DNA of 64,000 nt. Source: Chrysomallon squamiferum (lineage: Eukaryota; Animalia; Mollusca). The translations under genes were made by a program, and so were the position numbers. Positions 1-42,170 of this stretch are shown piece by piece (within the stretch, counting starts at the first letter, position 1; every line of letters starts with the position of its first letter). The notes under the pieces are model-generated. The model did not search any database, was not told where the DNA came from, and worked only from the letters and a program-made list of their open reading frames with translations. Location of the stretch: NCBI GenBank assembly GCA_012295275.1, contig CM022672.1, forward strand, positions 20,584,001-20,648,000, given 5' to 3'.

Positions 1-257
1 TAAGCTGAACAGATAGGTAGTATTTAAAAACTTATATTAAATACACCTGGGTATTTTCTGTATTTTCCACTTAGCCTAAGTTATATCCACCACCTTAGTA
101 AAGAGATTAAACTAAACAAAATGAGTAGTTAATGTGTAAGTTTTACAGAGTAGGCATATTTTTATTTTATGCCACCTCACTTATGCCCACCCTGATAATG
201 AAGACATTAACTCAGATGAGTTTGTAGATAAGTTTTTTATTTGTATTTCATACACAC

Positions 258-26948
<26,691 letters not shown>

Positions 26949-29918
26949 GATTACCTCCTCAAACTAACACCCTCTTCGTTTACAGAATCTGAAAAATAAA
27001 AACACTTATTAAACATGTTTACAATTTCACAGTCACTTCAGTCTACACTAGCATTTTCTTTTATCATTATTACTATTATCATTGTTTGTCTTTTGTTGTT
27101 TACATGTTATTAGTATTATTATTATTACTATTATCATTGTTTGTCTTTTGTTGTTTACATGTTATTAGTATTATTATTATTACTGTTATTATTATTGTTG
27201 TTATTATTATTATTATTATTGTTATTATTATTGTTATTGTTATTATTATTATTTATATTGAATTATATAAAAATCCAGTCTAAAAATCGTTATTCATACA
27301 AGCTCATATCCCAATCCAACCTAAGCTCACACAGTAATGCATTATAGGCCAAGTTAAGTATATTCCTATGTTGTACAAAATGTTTAAATAAAAGCAACCA
27401 ACGGAATGATAGCAGCCATTTTTCTTTCTCATTCATTTATATCCTTCACTATTGAAGTGTGACAAAATATACATGAAGAAAACAAAAATACTAACAGAAT
27501 TAACAGGCTATGTATTAACAACTTGCGAAACATTCTGCTTAAAGATTTTGACTTAAATTAAAATATTGAACAGCAAAATGAAATCAGTTTTAAAGTAGGT
27601 AGTAGCTGAATACATATCTACAGTTACCAGTGTTTTCAGTTTTATAGCAACATGACAGTATTATTATGGAAATTGATTATGGACTGTCTGTTACATTTAT
27701 GTTACAGTGGAAGTACTAATAAATAGGTAATTAAACATTTGAACTGAAGAATATGAACATTATGAAATGAGAACATAATGCCATTAACAGGGTTACTTAA
27801 TATTAATTTATATTCAAAATTGTGTCTATTTTCACAACTTTTAAACAGTGATATATGGAGAATTTTTTTTTTTTTTATGGTTTATATGTTGTTTATTTCA
27901 TTTATTTATTTATTTTTTTATTTATTTTTTATTTTATTTTTTTTTTTTTTTGTGTTGTTTTATTTCCAGTTCTGGTATTATGTTACAGGTTAATTATTAA
28001 ATATATTTTATGACATTAAAATACATTGAATGGTTTCTCTTTTATCTCCCCAACTGATGTTAGTCCACAATAATAACATCCCCATCCATAAATATCCATA
28101 AATATTATTAATTTTGTCTTTTTATGTTTGTTGTGCACTGCTGTGAATACACTTGATGTTAATTTCACCTTGATCCCTTTAATAAACAAGGTAAATACAT
28201 GTGTATGTAACTGGAATAACAAATACATTTATTTATGGGGGGCTATTGTTCTCATTGAAAGGATGTTGTTTTGAGGGTGGCAAAAATTTGTAGAGCACTC
28301 AGACTGTGTTTAAAAGAGAAAAACAGATTTAATCTTACCCAGATGTGATCCTTCAGTTTTAAGACATATTTAATAGGAATTTGTACATTATAATCTTAGT
28401 AATAAATAAATAAATAGCTAGATAGACAGACAGATAGATAGATAGATAAATAGATAAATAAATAAATTAATTAATAAACAAATCAACAAATAACTAAAAC
28501 AAAAAAAAAATAAAAAAAATAAATACTAACTTAATATATAAATAAAATAACTAAAAAAATAAATAAATAAAATAATGAATTAATTAACTAAATAAGTAAT
28601 AAATAATTAAATAAATAAACATTTAAAAATTAATAATGAAAAAAAAGAATATTTGATGTTAAAAATTTTAAAATACTAGAATTAAAAAAAAATTAAATTA
28701 AAATTAAAAGAGAAAAAGAAGAAGAGAAAAAAGAGAAAAAGATATTAGCAGTTGGGAATATTATCATTAATGTACTTCACAGATTTGACAAGTAGGGGGT
28801 TTAAAGATGAAAAAACCAGTGACATTATTTTAATGTCCAAAAAAATGTTCTTACATTTACTTTCTCATTACCTGTGCACACACATTCCATTCAAAACACA
28901 CATGAACAGTTCTGCAGTATGTAAGCACATTCATTGACAGAAAACCACTTTGTAGATAAGAATATAAATGTGCTTTTACATGTTAGCCACAGTGATTTTC
29001 TTATACATACTTTTTGTTATTTATTTATTATGTATTATGCATATTATTTCACCCTATAAACTCACATACACTCATACTCAAACACACACACACACACATA
29101 TATATATATTTCAAATATCTATGTATAAATACATATAAAAATAATACATTCACTTCTGCACTATTCTGCTAAACCTGCAAGCCAGTGTAAATGTCAGTTT
29201 AAAATAAACCTGAACACAAACTACTCTGTATTGATATAACCTTGTAACACTGTGCAAGTTCTGTTCAGTGGTTAATAATTAATAGCTGACTGTCAGACAA
29301 TTGTTAACGTTTTATTCTTGTTGAAAACATTATTGCTTGGTTTTTCTACACAAAGAATCTGAAAAATGGAGGCTTATTGTTAGTAATATAAAAAAGTAAT
29401 GGTGTACATCAATGTGTATGTATTTGTAGGTATATGTGTGTATGACGGTGTGTGTGAATATATATGTAAATGTGAGTGTATATATGTTTCTTTGTATATA
29501 TCTGTATATCTATGTGTATGTGTGTGTTTCTTTATCTGTTTATGTATTAAAGTATGTGCTTGTATGTATAAACTGTGTCATGGTTGAAATCGTAATTAAT
29601 AAAATGCAACTACATCCTTTCACTGGAAAACATATAATAAGTTAAGAATTTTTTTCTTTGTTTATACTTTGCCAGTACAAAAACAAGAAGATTCTGTCAT
29701 TATCTGAGTAAACATTGGACTGGGTAAGTGCTAAAAACAAACTGAAAAATGGGTACCAAATATTGCAGTTATCAGTTCTGACACCAAAAAACCATAGTAA
29801 AAGCTATCACACAAGAATGTTGTTGAAAAAACAAAAAAATAATTTTAAAAATATATATTTTTACAACTTGATATTGTTATTAAAAATAATCACTATAGGT
29901 TTACAGGTGATAATCACA

Positions 29919-29949
<31 letters not shown>

Positions 29950-29968
29950 TATTATTATTGTTAAAATG

Positions 29969-30000
<32 letters not shown>

Positions 30001-30679
30001 AATTTTTATTGTTTTTGATTATTATTATTATTAATATTATTGCTGTTTGTGTTGTTGCTGTCATTATTATTATTTTTTTTTTTTTCTACAAACAATTAAA
30101 TAATATTTAGTATAAGATAACTATCCACTTAAATGACATATCTGTAAATTAATAAAAGATGAATAAAAATAATAACACTAAAACTAAGAAAGAAAATAAT
30201 AAGAAGAACAAATAAAACAAACAAACAAACACACGAAAAATAAATTAATTATCCACAAAATTACTTTAAATATATTTTGGTTGTCAAATAATATTTAACT
30301 CATTCTTTACTTGTTTAATTAATTTAAAAACATAAAATATAATTAATAACACTTTATAAAAATAAAAGTCTAAATAATTTCAAAGTCATTTGCAATATTT
30401 GGATAACAATTCTATATTACATTGCATAACCTTCAGGTTATTTTCAGCTGTAGCAACTAATAAAATGTTTGTTTTGAAACTGGATAAACATTCCAAAGGC
30501 AGCCCAAACACCATAAACACATTTAAGTGCTTGTAAGGTTCTTTCTTAAACTTATACAGATTACAGAGCTGGGTTTTGTCAATACAGATGTGAAAACAGA
30601 ATAATGAATATTTACACCTTTCAAAATTAATTTAAAATATGTTTAATAATATCAACAATTTTTTTTTTTTTTAAAAGAT

Positions 30680-31350
30680 CATTCTGTGCTAAATGAACAA
30701 TATAGTTATTATAATTAGTACAAAAATTATTTGTTTTTATTCATAAAGATATGAAAAATTTATTTTTAATTAATACAAAATTTATTTTTAAAAAAAAGAA
30801 AAAAAACAGAAAAAAAGGAGTTCATTCTAAAAGGCTTTATTATCCTGAAGGAACAGAGTATTCATTTTGATCAGGATACATTTTTTTGATGAAAAGAATA
30901 ATTTTAGATTTTTAATTTGTGCAGTTTTATTCTTTAAAAAAGATCATTATACTTCTACATGAATGCAGACATACTTATGATAACTTTAGTTTGCAGTACC
31001 ATCATCCTAAATGAACAGAATACTTATTTTGATCAGCATAAAAGTTTGTTTTTGTTTTTATTCATTAAAACATTTTTATGATTTTAACCCATACATAATA
31101 ATGAATCTTTACTCATTTTGACCAGTATAAAAATTATTTTTATTTGCACTGATAAAGCGAATATTTTAGGTTTTTAATTAATGCATATTTTTATTCTTTA
31201 AAAAAGATCATTTTAAAATTTAGTTAGTAGCACCGATTATCCTAAATGAATAGTATATTTAGTTTGATTAGTATTTTTGTCTTTATTAATTGAGAGAATA
31301 TTCTTAGATTTTTAATTCATGTATAATTTTATTCTTTAAACAAAAGTCAC
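30680..31350. repeat. Degenerate AT-rich tandem repeat
   Basis: Recurrent ctaaatgaa..ata..ta.ttttgatcag and ttttattctttaaaaaagatcat blocks. Confidence 0.6.
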
Positions 31351-33043
31351 CTATAATGTACATATTTTACTAAAGATTTAAAAAAAAAAAAAAAAGAAAT
31401 CAACAGTGTTACAATTTTCCAATGAATGAATTTAAACTATTCATGATAAATGCTTGAATTAAATTATCTTTCTGTCACGTTCTTATGAGTAATCATTATA
31501 AATATCGTTTTGTAACTTCAGGTACAAGTGAAGTTTTCAATAAAAATGAAATGAATTCCACTGTTGCCTGACAGTTTAAGATGCTGTTAATGTGGGTTTC
31601 TGATTTTAAATATCATTATCAAACAGCATTACCACATATTTTAAGTTTTTAAGTATTATTAACAACCCATTTACTCATTCACTCATGGATGATTAATTTA
31701 CTGAAGTGTTAATAATCTGATTAAAATGACTTTTACTAAGACTGTAATTATGTATAAAGATTTTAGAAAAACACCTGGCAAATAGTTTACCTCACTTGTT
31801 CGTTAATGAGTAACCGTTTTCTAAACAGAAATTAACTTAAAAGTTAATATACCTTGTTAATGACACACTCCCTTTCCAGAGGTCCTGGAACAGCCCCTGA
31901 TCATTGTTATTATAATCTTAATGGCTTGGTTTTTATTAGTTGAGGGACGTCGTTAAATATTTATTTATGTATTCATCTTTAATTCATCACTGATTCATTC
32001 ATTTATCCTTTCACAGTGAGGGGTTTTTCATCAGAAAAATTGCAGTTCATGGGAACAGTTGTTATCATTATGATTGTTAAATTATATAAAATAATACTGT
32101 TTTTTAAAAAAAAAAAAAATAATAGCATATACAAACAGCTGTTTTACGAATGATATTTAAAAATGAAAGTATTAATAACTACTATCTCTGAATAAATATA
32201 AGTAGAATAAAGTAAGAAAAAAAGAAAGCTTAAGAGTGAATGAAAAGTATTTTTCAAATTTTAAAAAGAAAAGTTTAATTAGTTATATTTCATGTTAAAA
32301 ATGGTAAGCACTTTTTTCTCACAAATGTTTAAAAAATAAAAATTTCATCTACATTAATAAAGATTAAAACATTTGTTAACTGTTAAAAAAAATTTGAGCA
32401 ACGCTACTTTGATCTTTAATGACATTTCTTTGTTATTCCCAAAGCTAACATACAAGGTTATTCTCATAATCACCTACCCTTAATAAACTGTAGTTCTGAA
32501 AGCAAAGCAATAGAATCCAGGGTATCCGGGTGTAATGATTCAGGTTATGTTGTTTTCCCACCTGTGTCTTTCTTATATAACAATTACAGGCAAAAATGAT
32601 TGGTTTATCCTCTCAGGTAAAAATAAGTTAGTGGCTCAGTTTATGTAGCTTGTGAAATAGACCAAGACATCTTTTGAAATGATCATGTGACAAGCTGATC
32701 CTGGAAAGGTGCTGACAGTAAACAGGTATACTGAACAAAGTAGTTAGCTTCATTCTGCTCTCGTCTGCCATCTGCTTGCTGACTGTTTGTGCTTTACCTG
32801 GGCCCAGAACAACACATTAATATTTAATCTGTGTCATTTTTAACAAAATGCTACTGCTGGTATTACCGGTTTTGTTTGCTTTTTGATGGTATTGATTTTA
32901 TTATAGTTTATTGCTTCTGTTTTTATTTTCATTTTGTTTTATGTTTTCAGTTTTTTGTTGTTTTTTTGTTTGTTGTTATTTTTGGTTTGTGCATTTATGT
33001 ATGAGAGTGTTGGTATGTATGCATGTGTGTATATGTGTGTTTG

Positions 33044-33097
<54 letters not shown>

Positions 33098-35069
33098 GAA
33101 CAATGAAAATCTCACTAATTGTATATATAATTAAAATTAAGAATTATATTACTAATTTGTGTCTTTTATTATTAAAGCATCATTGTAAGAGTTTTAATTC
33201 CAGAGATTTAAAAAATATATTTTATTTTATTTTATTTTATTTTTGTTCTCTTGTTTTGTTTATTTATCTATTTATTTATTTATGTTATATTATTTTGTTT
33301 TATTTTACATATTATATTTATCAAAGTTTAAGAACCATTTTTTTTCTACTTTTTTCTTAGTAACATATAGCTTCAACTTATCAAATCTATATACTTAATA
33401 CACACACATATAAACACATATCATACATACATACACACATGTGGAAATACACACACAGACACATAAAACACAAAAACAGTTATGTGTATGGCACCCATTA
33501 CATTTTTATTTTCCTATTATGACAAGTTTTAACAATGTAGGATAATATTTCCAACCTATGAGAACGTATACATTAAAAATTCTTGCTGGTACACTATTCT
33601 TAAAGAGGAAACATATATTTATCCCATAATAATGATGATGAGGTGTGAACATATTCACACATAAATAAACACACACACACACACACACAGACTCATACCC
33701 TCACACAAATATACATACATACACATATTCTCAAAATGTCATTAAATGTATACCAGTGTGTTTATTAACAGAGAGTGATACTGAAAAACTGCACGTGAAA
33801 AACACAACACCACCACAGAAGTCAACTGAGTAAGATTTGATGCTAATTTAGCTTACAGTTGTCATGGTCTGCTTTAGGTTGTGTTTCAGAATCCTAGACC
33901 CAGTCATGGGGTATTTTTCTCATATGTTTATTTTTCGCCTTACCTAAATATTTACCCATAACAAATGTGATCATTAAAAACCTGTTTTGGAGTTGGTTAT
34001 TCAGTGACTGAAAATAGCAAAGACTCCTTCAGTCATTCGTAATGACCTGATATGTAGAGACAGTTCTGTCTATGGGCTTATAGAGATGTATTTAAAAAGA
34101 AATTTTTATTTGGTAGTTTCTGTCATAATTTAGGTATATGTAAAATATTTATACAGTTATTAAAGAGATATATAAAAACCAATGTAAACAATGTAAACAA
34201 TTATGATTTCTTGATATGTGTATGTGTATGTGTGTGTGTGTGTAATGTGTATATGTGTGTGGATGTGTGTGTGTAACTATGATAGAGATGTGGTTAACAA
34301 TTAAACATCATATTTTGCAGTACATTAAGATGAAGCTATCATTTAAGAAAATGAATTAAAGAAATTTCAACATTATTGTCAAAAAAATAAAGAAAAATAA
34401 AATAAAATAATATTAAATTACATCATTTGATATTACTTTACATTCTTTAATTCTGTTTTTATAACCTGAAATGTTTTTGTGTAAAGCAGTGACAGTTTCA
34501 TGCTTTATGTTATTTGTCACCATTCATGTAGAATTGATGCTTTTGTGATTCCTTGTGTAGTTAATAGACACTATATGCACACCATGATACATGCATATAG
34601 CATTATGTTTGTGAATTCACCCAGATTCACATTACACAGTGGGACTAAAACAGGCTGTAATGAATGACAAGTCTGTATTTAAAGTTTCTTTTATGTTTAG
34701 ATAAAAAAATAAAAAAAAAAAAAAAGTAAAAAGAGAGATTAATTCTATACTGGGTAAGTATTTGAAAAGTACACCTATTGTCAATGCATAAAAGAAAGCT
34801 AAATTTTGTTTTGATTAATAGCAATGTTTCTTTAATATCTACCTTCCCATGAACAGGAAGGAACATAATCTTTAATGCATTTGACACAAGACATTGACTC
34901 AGGTGGTCAACAGCCTGCCTCACTCATGATGTGTGTTCAGAAATTCTTGAAAGCAAATGCCTGTAATCAAGAATATTAACTCCTCCAAAAATTGTATCCC
35001 AGCAAAAAATTTCAGAATGGGCACTTTGAGTCCAATCTGTGTATGCTGTGCCCATGTTTCAACATACTG

Positions 35070-35355
35070 AATTATTCTTTCATTCTCTACAAGATAATTT
35101 TTCAGTTATTCCCCACAAAAAGCATCATTTAATAATTCATTACAAAATAATTAGTTAAACATCATTTAGTCATAAAAACTTTATTCAGTCCTTCCCTAAT
35201 AATTTCCTTATTTAATAATTCCCTTCAAGAACATCATAAAGTCATTCCCTACATGAATGTTATTCAATCATTCCCTACCAAAACATTATTCAATCATTCC
35301 CTACAAGAATATTTTCAGCCATTCCCTATATGAATATTATTCCTCAAAAGAATAT
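35070..35355. repeat. Degenerate ~26-bp tandem repeat
   Basis: Recurrent cattccctacaagaatattattcaat-like units. Confidence 0.7.
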
Positions 35356-36164
35356 TGTTTTACACACAAGTTGGTGAAACTAATTTCAGTACATGTAATA
35401 TTACAGATGTGATGTTTTAACAAAGTAAAATGACTAACATCCTGGCCATTCAAAGACAGTCAGTTTTCTACTTAGTAAGAATCTATAAACAGAAAGTAAT
35501 ACACGATTCATTCCTTTCCACAAACACAACCGCATTTTCACGTGTCAAGGTTTCCCCAGACAGTTTGTTGTTACAACAGAAGCATAATAAAAGTCTTTGT
35601 ATCACAAAATAGAGAGAGATTTTGTTGTTTGACCTCATTTTTGTTTTTTTTTGTTGACATTTATTGCAATCAAATGAATCACTGAAAACACATTGTTACT
35701 TTTCCTTCTCATTTACCCAATTGTTTTCTCTTTTCTTTCTGTGCAGACTGAGAGAAAAGGATTCAAATAAGTTAATATTATTGAAATTTAATTAAAGGAT
35801 ATAAAGAAGTCTGTGATAAAGAGTTAATTAAAGAGAATAGAGGATGCAAAAGCAGTTTCTGTGAGTTAAAAAAAAAGATGTCAATGTGAGTGAGACAAGA
35901 GGCTATAGAGAGAAGTCTGTGTTACTGTTAATGTGTTAGAATGTTAGTTAAAAAGAATAGAAGATGTAAAGAAAACACTGTTAGTGTGATAATTATAGAG
36001 AACAAGGGATGTAAAAAAAGATTTACTGTCTGAGTTATAGAGAAGAGATGATGTAAAGAAATAACTGTGAATGTAAGTGTGTTAGTTAAAAAGAAGAAAA
36101 GGTATAAAGAAGGCACTGTTAGTATGTTAGTTAAAAGAAGAGATGGCATAAAGAAGACACTGTT

Positions 36165-36390
36165 AGTGTGTTAGTTAAAGAGAAAAGATGATGTAAAGAA
36201 GTTATTGTAAGTGCTAGTGTGTTAGTTAAAGAGAAAAGATGACGTAAAGAAGTTATTGTAAGTGCTAGTGTGTTAGTTAAAGAGAAAAGATGATGTAAAG
36301 AAGTTATTGTAAGTGCTAGTGTGTTAGTTAAAGAGAAAAGATGATGTAAAGAAGTTATTGTAAGTGCTAGTGTGTTAGTTAAAGAGAAAA
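36165..36390. repeat. 51-bp VNTR (4 units in copy 1; 1 unit in copy 2 at ~39616-39685)
   Basis: gtgtgttagttaaagagaaaagatgatgtaaagaagttattgtaagtgcta. Confidence 0.9.
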
Positions 36391-37188
36391 AAGGATGTGA
36401 AAAAGCTGATGTTAATGTTAGTGTTAAAGAGAAGTGAGGATGTTAAGGTCAAACACCCAGAATGTCCTGGACTGGAGTCAGTACAGACACGTGATGCATG
36501 TACTTAACAAAGCTGAACTATGTGATATCAAAACCAATGACACATGATGTGTACTCAGTCGTTGTATCCATTAAAACAATGAATAATTACATACGCAATG
36601 AATGATACATACATACATAAAGGAAAGAATGTGCATTAACTTTCAATAATTGCATTCTGTAATTACAGTATATTTAAGATTCAAAGACAACTGCTGTGTG
36701 AGATGTTTTAGAAAAATAAATACAGTGCCACTGACCTACTCTTTACACTGATGAGTAAGAAGTATTTGTGTATCATCTATTCTTTAAAATGTCACGTTTA
36801 TGTTCAGGGTACAATAGGTACCGGCTGGCCCATGGTGTACTGATGAAATGCTTTAAGCCCTTTGACACAAAAGGATCTTTAGAAAAAAACAGAAACCCCC
36901 CCCCCAAAATATCTGATAACACTGAAGGTAGTGAACTAACAAAGACATGGCCATTATGATTAGAATACTGTAGGTCCCTTGTCTGACTCACCGCATAATT
37001 ACAACTTGATCTGAAATTTCTTAAATTTTTTGATTATCACACATTTAAAAAAAAAAAAAAAAAAATTCAGCACTATGAATAATGTTTTAAAGAAGGAACT
37101 AAATCTAGCAATAATATCTTTTGGTTGTTGTTGTTGTTTTTGATTATTCGGTTTTTGTTGTTGTTATTATTAATATTATTATAATAAA

Positions 37189-37221
<33 letters not shown>

Positions 37222-37889
37222 TAATTCCAGTAAGTCACCTGTCACCTGTTTATAGATTTAATTTAATTTAATTTCATTTAATTTAATTGTTTTATTTTGT
37301 TTATATTATTTATTTATTTATGTTAAATTATTTTATTTTCATTTTATTTTACAGTTAGAAATCTTTTTAAAATAGTTTTTTTCTTAGCTAGCAACACATA
37401 CCGACAATATATCAATATATACATATATATTTAATAGTGAGGAATTTAATATGACACACACACATACAATGCATGCATACACACACATTATACATATACA
37501 CACAGATCTGATATAAAATATAAAAAAAGTCTAGTGAATATTATCAAGAAAACCTCTGACAAATTCAACTTATTATTTTAAATGAATTCATCATGTTTTT
37601 AACCAAAATTTTAAGGGAAAAGTTTCCATGAAACAGTTATATTTAAATAATAAAAATTGAAGAATACACTCAAATGTGTAGATTTGTTGAAAATAAATAA
37701 ACATTGTAAACATCAACATTTTTTCAGTGCAAAATGGCGTCCTATGTCAGTCATTTGCTTATAAGTACACTGAAACCAGAAAACTGCTGACATGGAAATA
37801 AGCTACTGTCATTTGATACCCAGTGGTGTTTTATATTGTAAATGTGATACTAACATCATCTGATTACTGGGTAAATTCTATTAGCAAAA

Positions 37890-38580
37890 TATGCTTACTG
37901 CATAGACTGTACTAGCATCATGTGCTCACTGCATAGACTGTACTAGCATCATGTGCTCACTGCATATACTCTACTAGCATCATGTGCTCACTGCAGACTC
38001 TACTAGCATCATGTGCCCACTGCATAGACTGTACTAGCATCATGTGCTCACTGCATAGACTATACTAGCATCATGTGCTCACTGCAGACTCTACTAGCAT
38101 CATGTGCTCACTGCATAGACTGTACTAGCATCATGTGCTCACTGCATAGACTGTACTAGCATCATGTGTTCACTGCATAAACTGTACTAGCATCATGTGC
38201 TCACTGCATAGGCTGTACTAGCATCATGTGCTCACTGCATAGGCTGTACTAGCATCATGTGCTCACTGCATAGACTGTACTAGCATCATGTGCTCACTGC
38301 ATAGACTGTACTAGCATCATGTGTTCACTGCATAGACTGTACTAGCATCATGTGTTCACTGCATAGACTGTACTAGCATCATGTGCTCACTGCATAGGCT
38401 GTACTAGCATCATGTGCTCACTGCATAGGCTGTACTAGCATCATGTCCTCACTGCATAGACTATACTAGCATCATGTGCTCACTGTATAGACTGTACTAG
38501 CATCATGTGCTCACTGCATAGACTTTTCTAGCATCATGTGCTCCCTGTACGAAGAAGTATACTAGAATCATGCACTCATA
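37890..38580. repeat. 31-bp minisatellite, ~21 units
   Basis: actgcatagactgtactagcatcatgtgctc. Confidence 0.95.
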
Positions 38581-41204
38581 GTATAAACTCTTTCTTCACT
38601 CCTTCAATAAATTTGATGATATTAATTTATTTTCAGGCAACATGAACTCTCTATGGTTTTGAAAATTGTTTAACACAGAATAATGAATAATAGACTTGAT
38701 TTTTCAATGTTGCCTGGCTGAAATACACCAAAAAATGGACACACATTCCATATCACAAGTTAGAAGACAGAGAGTTATATAGACACACATCACCAGATGT
38801 CACAGACCACAGTTCCACTTGATTGGATATACATCAACAATATTAATTTTCTTTTAATTTATTTCTGGTGGGGATAGGACATTGGGTGCAATTACATTTT
38901 AAAATTAAAAAACAAATTCTGTAAAAAAAAAGAAAAAAGTAAAGGAAAGTAAATATGGCTACATTTAACTGTTACAACTGAACATTTAGTCACAGTCTAC
39001 TGATTTCTTATGATCCTTCTGTTCTTAATCTACTAGCTGGGCAAGTTTATATTCATGTCACTGGAACAAGATTTTGTTGTTTGACCTCATTTTTGTTTTT
39101 TCTTGTTGTCATTTATTGCAATCAAATGAATCATTGAAAACACATCGTTACTTTTCCTTCTCATTTACCCAATTGTTTTCTCTTTTCTTTCTGTGCAGAC
39201 TGAGAGAAAAGGATTCAAATAAGTTAATATTATTGAAATTTAATTAAAGGATATAAAGAAGTCTGTGATAAAGAGTTAATTAAAGAGAATAGAGGATGCA
39301 AAGCAGTTTCTGTGAGTTAAAAAAAAAGATGTCAGGGTGAGTACGACAAGAGGCTATAGAGAGAAGTCTGTGTTAGTGTTAATGTGTTAGAATGTTAGTT
39401 AAAAAGAATAGAAGATGTAAAGAAAACACTGTTAGTGTCATAATTATAGAGAACAAGGGATGTAAAAAAAGATTTACTGTCTGAGTTATAGAGAAGAGAT
39501 GATGTAAAGATATAACCATGAATGTAAGTGTGTTAGTTAAAAAGAAGAATAGGTATAAAGAAGGCACTGTTAGTATGTTAGTTAAAAGAAGAGATGGCAT
39601 AAAGAAGACACTGTTAGTGTGTTAGTTAAAGAGAAAAGATGATGTAAAGAAGTTATTGTAAGTGCTAGTGTGTTAGTTAAAGAGAAGGAAGGATGTGAAA
39701 AAGTTGATGTTAATGTTAGTGTTAAAGAGAAGTGAGGATGTTAAGGTCAAACACCCTGAATGTACTGTACTGGAGTCAGTACAGACACGTGATACATGTA
39801 CTTAACAAAGCTGAACTATGTGATATCAAAACCAATGACACATGATGTGTACTCAGTCGTTGTATCCATTAAAACAATGAATAATTACATTCGCAATGAA
39901 TGACTGCATACATACATAAAGGAAAGAATGTGCATTAACTTTCAATAATTGCATTCTGTAATTACAGTATATTTAAGATTCAAAGACAACCACTGTGTGA
40001 GATGTTTTAGAAAAATAAATACAGTGCCACTGACCTACTCTTTACACTGATGAGTAAGAAGTATTTGTGTATCATCTATTCTTTAAAATGTCACGTTTAT
40101 GTTCAGGGTACAATAGGTACCGGCTGGCCCATGGTGTACTGCTGAAATGCTTTAAGCCCTTTGACATAAAAGCATCTTTAGAAAAAACCAGAAAAAAACC
40201 CCCAAGTATCTGATAACACTGAAGGTAGTGAACTAACAAAGACACGGCCATTATGATTAGAATACTGTAGGTCCCTTGTCTGACTCACCGCATAATTACA
40301 ACTTGACCTGAAATTTCTTAAATTTTTTAATTATCACACAATTAAAAAAAAAAAAAAAAAAAAAAAAAATTCAGCACTATGAATAATGTTTTAAAGAAGG
40401 AACTAAATCTAGCAATAATATCTTTTGGTTGTTGTTGTTGTTTTTGCTTATTCGGTTTTTTTTGTTGTTATTATTAATATTATTATAATAAAGTTATTAT
40501 TATTATTATTATTATTATTATTTAATTCCAGTAAGTCACCTGTCACCTGTTTATAGATTTAATTTAATTTAATTTCATTTAATTTAATTGTTTTATTTTG
40601 TTTATATTATTTATTTATTTATGTTAAATTATTTTATTTTCATTTTATTTTACAGTTAGAAATCTTTTTAAAATAGTTTTTTTCTTAGCTAGCAACACAT
40701 ACCGACAATATATCAATATATACATATATATTTAATAGTGAGGAATTTAATATGACACACACACATATAGAAACACACACATACAATGCATGCATACACA
40801 CACATTATACATATACACACAGATCTGATATAAAATATAAAAAAAGTCTAGTGAATATTATCAAGAAAACCTCTGACAAATTCAACTTATTATTTTACCT
40901 GAATTCATCATGTTTTTAACCAAAATTTTAAGGGAAAAGTTTCCATGAAACAGTTATATTTAAATAATAAAAATTGAAGAATACACTCAAATGTGTAGAT
41001 TTGTTGAAAATAAATAAACATTGTAAACATCAACATTTTTTCAGTGCAAAATGGCGTCCTATGTCAGTCATTTGCTTATAAGTACACTGAAACCAGAAAA
41101 CTGCTGACATGGAAATAAGCTACTGTCATTTGATACCCAGTGGTGTTTTATATTGTAAATGTGATACTAACATCATCTGATTACTGGGTAAATTCTATTA
41201 GCAT

Positions 41205-42170
41205 AATATGCTTACTGCATAGACTGTACTAGCATCATGTGCTCACTGCATAGACTGTACTAGCATCATGTGCTCACTGCATAGGCTGTACTAGCATCAT
41301 GTGTTCACTACATAGGCTGTACTAGCATCATGTGCTCGCTGCATAAACTGTACTAGCATCATGTGTTCACTACATAGGCTGTACTAGCATCATGTGCTCA
41401 CTGCATATACTCTACTAGCATCATGTGCTCACTGCAGACTCTACTAGCATCATGTGCCCACTGCATAGACTGTACTAGCATCATGTGCTCACTGCATAGA
41501 CTGTACTAGCATCATGTGCTCACTGCAGACTCTACTAGCATCATGTGCTCACTGCATAGACTGCACTAGCATCATGTGCTTACTGCATACTGTACTGTAT
41601 TAGCATCATGTACTAGCATCATGTGCTCACTGCATAGACTGTACTAGCATCATGTGCTCACTGCATAGACTGTACTAGCATCATGTGCTCACTGCATAGA
41701 CTGTACTAGCATCATGTGTTCACTGCATAAACTGTACTAGCATCATGTGCTCACTGCATAGGCTGTACTAGCATCATGTGCTCACTGCATAGGCTGTACT
41801 ACTGTGCTCACTGCATCATGTGTTCACTGCATAGACTGTACTAGCATCATGTGCTCACTGCATAGACTGTACTAGCATCATGTGCTCACTGCATAGACTG
41901 TACTAGCATCATGTGCTCACTGCATAGACTGTACTAGCATCATGTCCTCACTGCATAGACTATACTAGCATCATGTGCTTGCTGGCTGTACTAGCATCAT
42001 GTGCTCACTACATAAACTGTACTAGCATCATGTGCTCACTGCATAGACTGTACTCTATTAGCATCATGTGCTCACTGCATAGACTGTACTAGCATCATGT
42101 GCTCACTGCATAGACTTTTCTAGCATCATGTGCTCCCTGTACGAAGAAGTATACTAGAATCATGCACTCA
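41205..42170. repeat. 31-bp minisatellite, ~30 units (paralog in duplication copy 2)
   Basis: actgcatagactgtactagcatcatgtgctc with several scrambled units. Confidence 0.95.

Noticed and set aside
35928-39600. Duplicated short ORFs inside the 3.45-kb duplication
   Set aside because: Low-complexity or not preserved in both copies (the 36768/36773 ORFs are absent from copy 2); no domain similarity
37890-42170. 31-bp arrays resembling CRISPR repeats in length
   Set aside because: Units are contiguous with no unique spacers, there are no cas genes, and the context is an animal intron-exon genome
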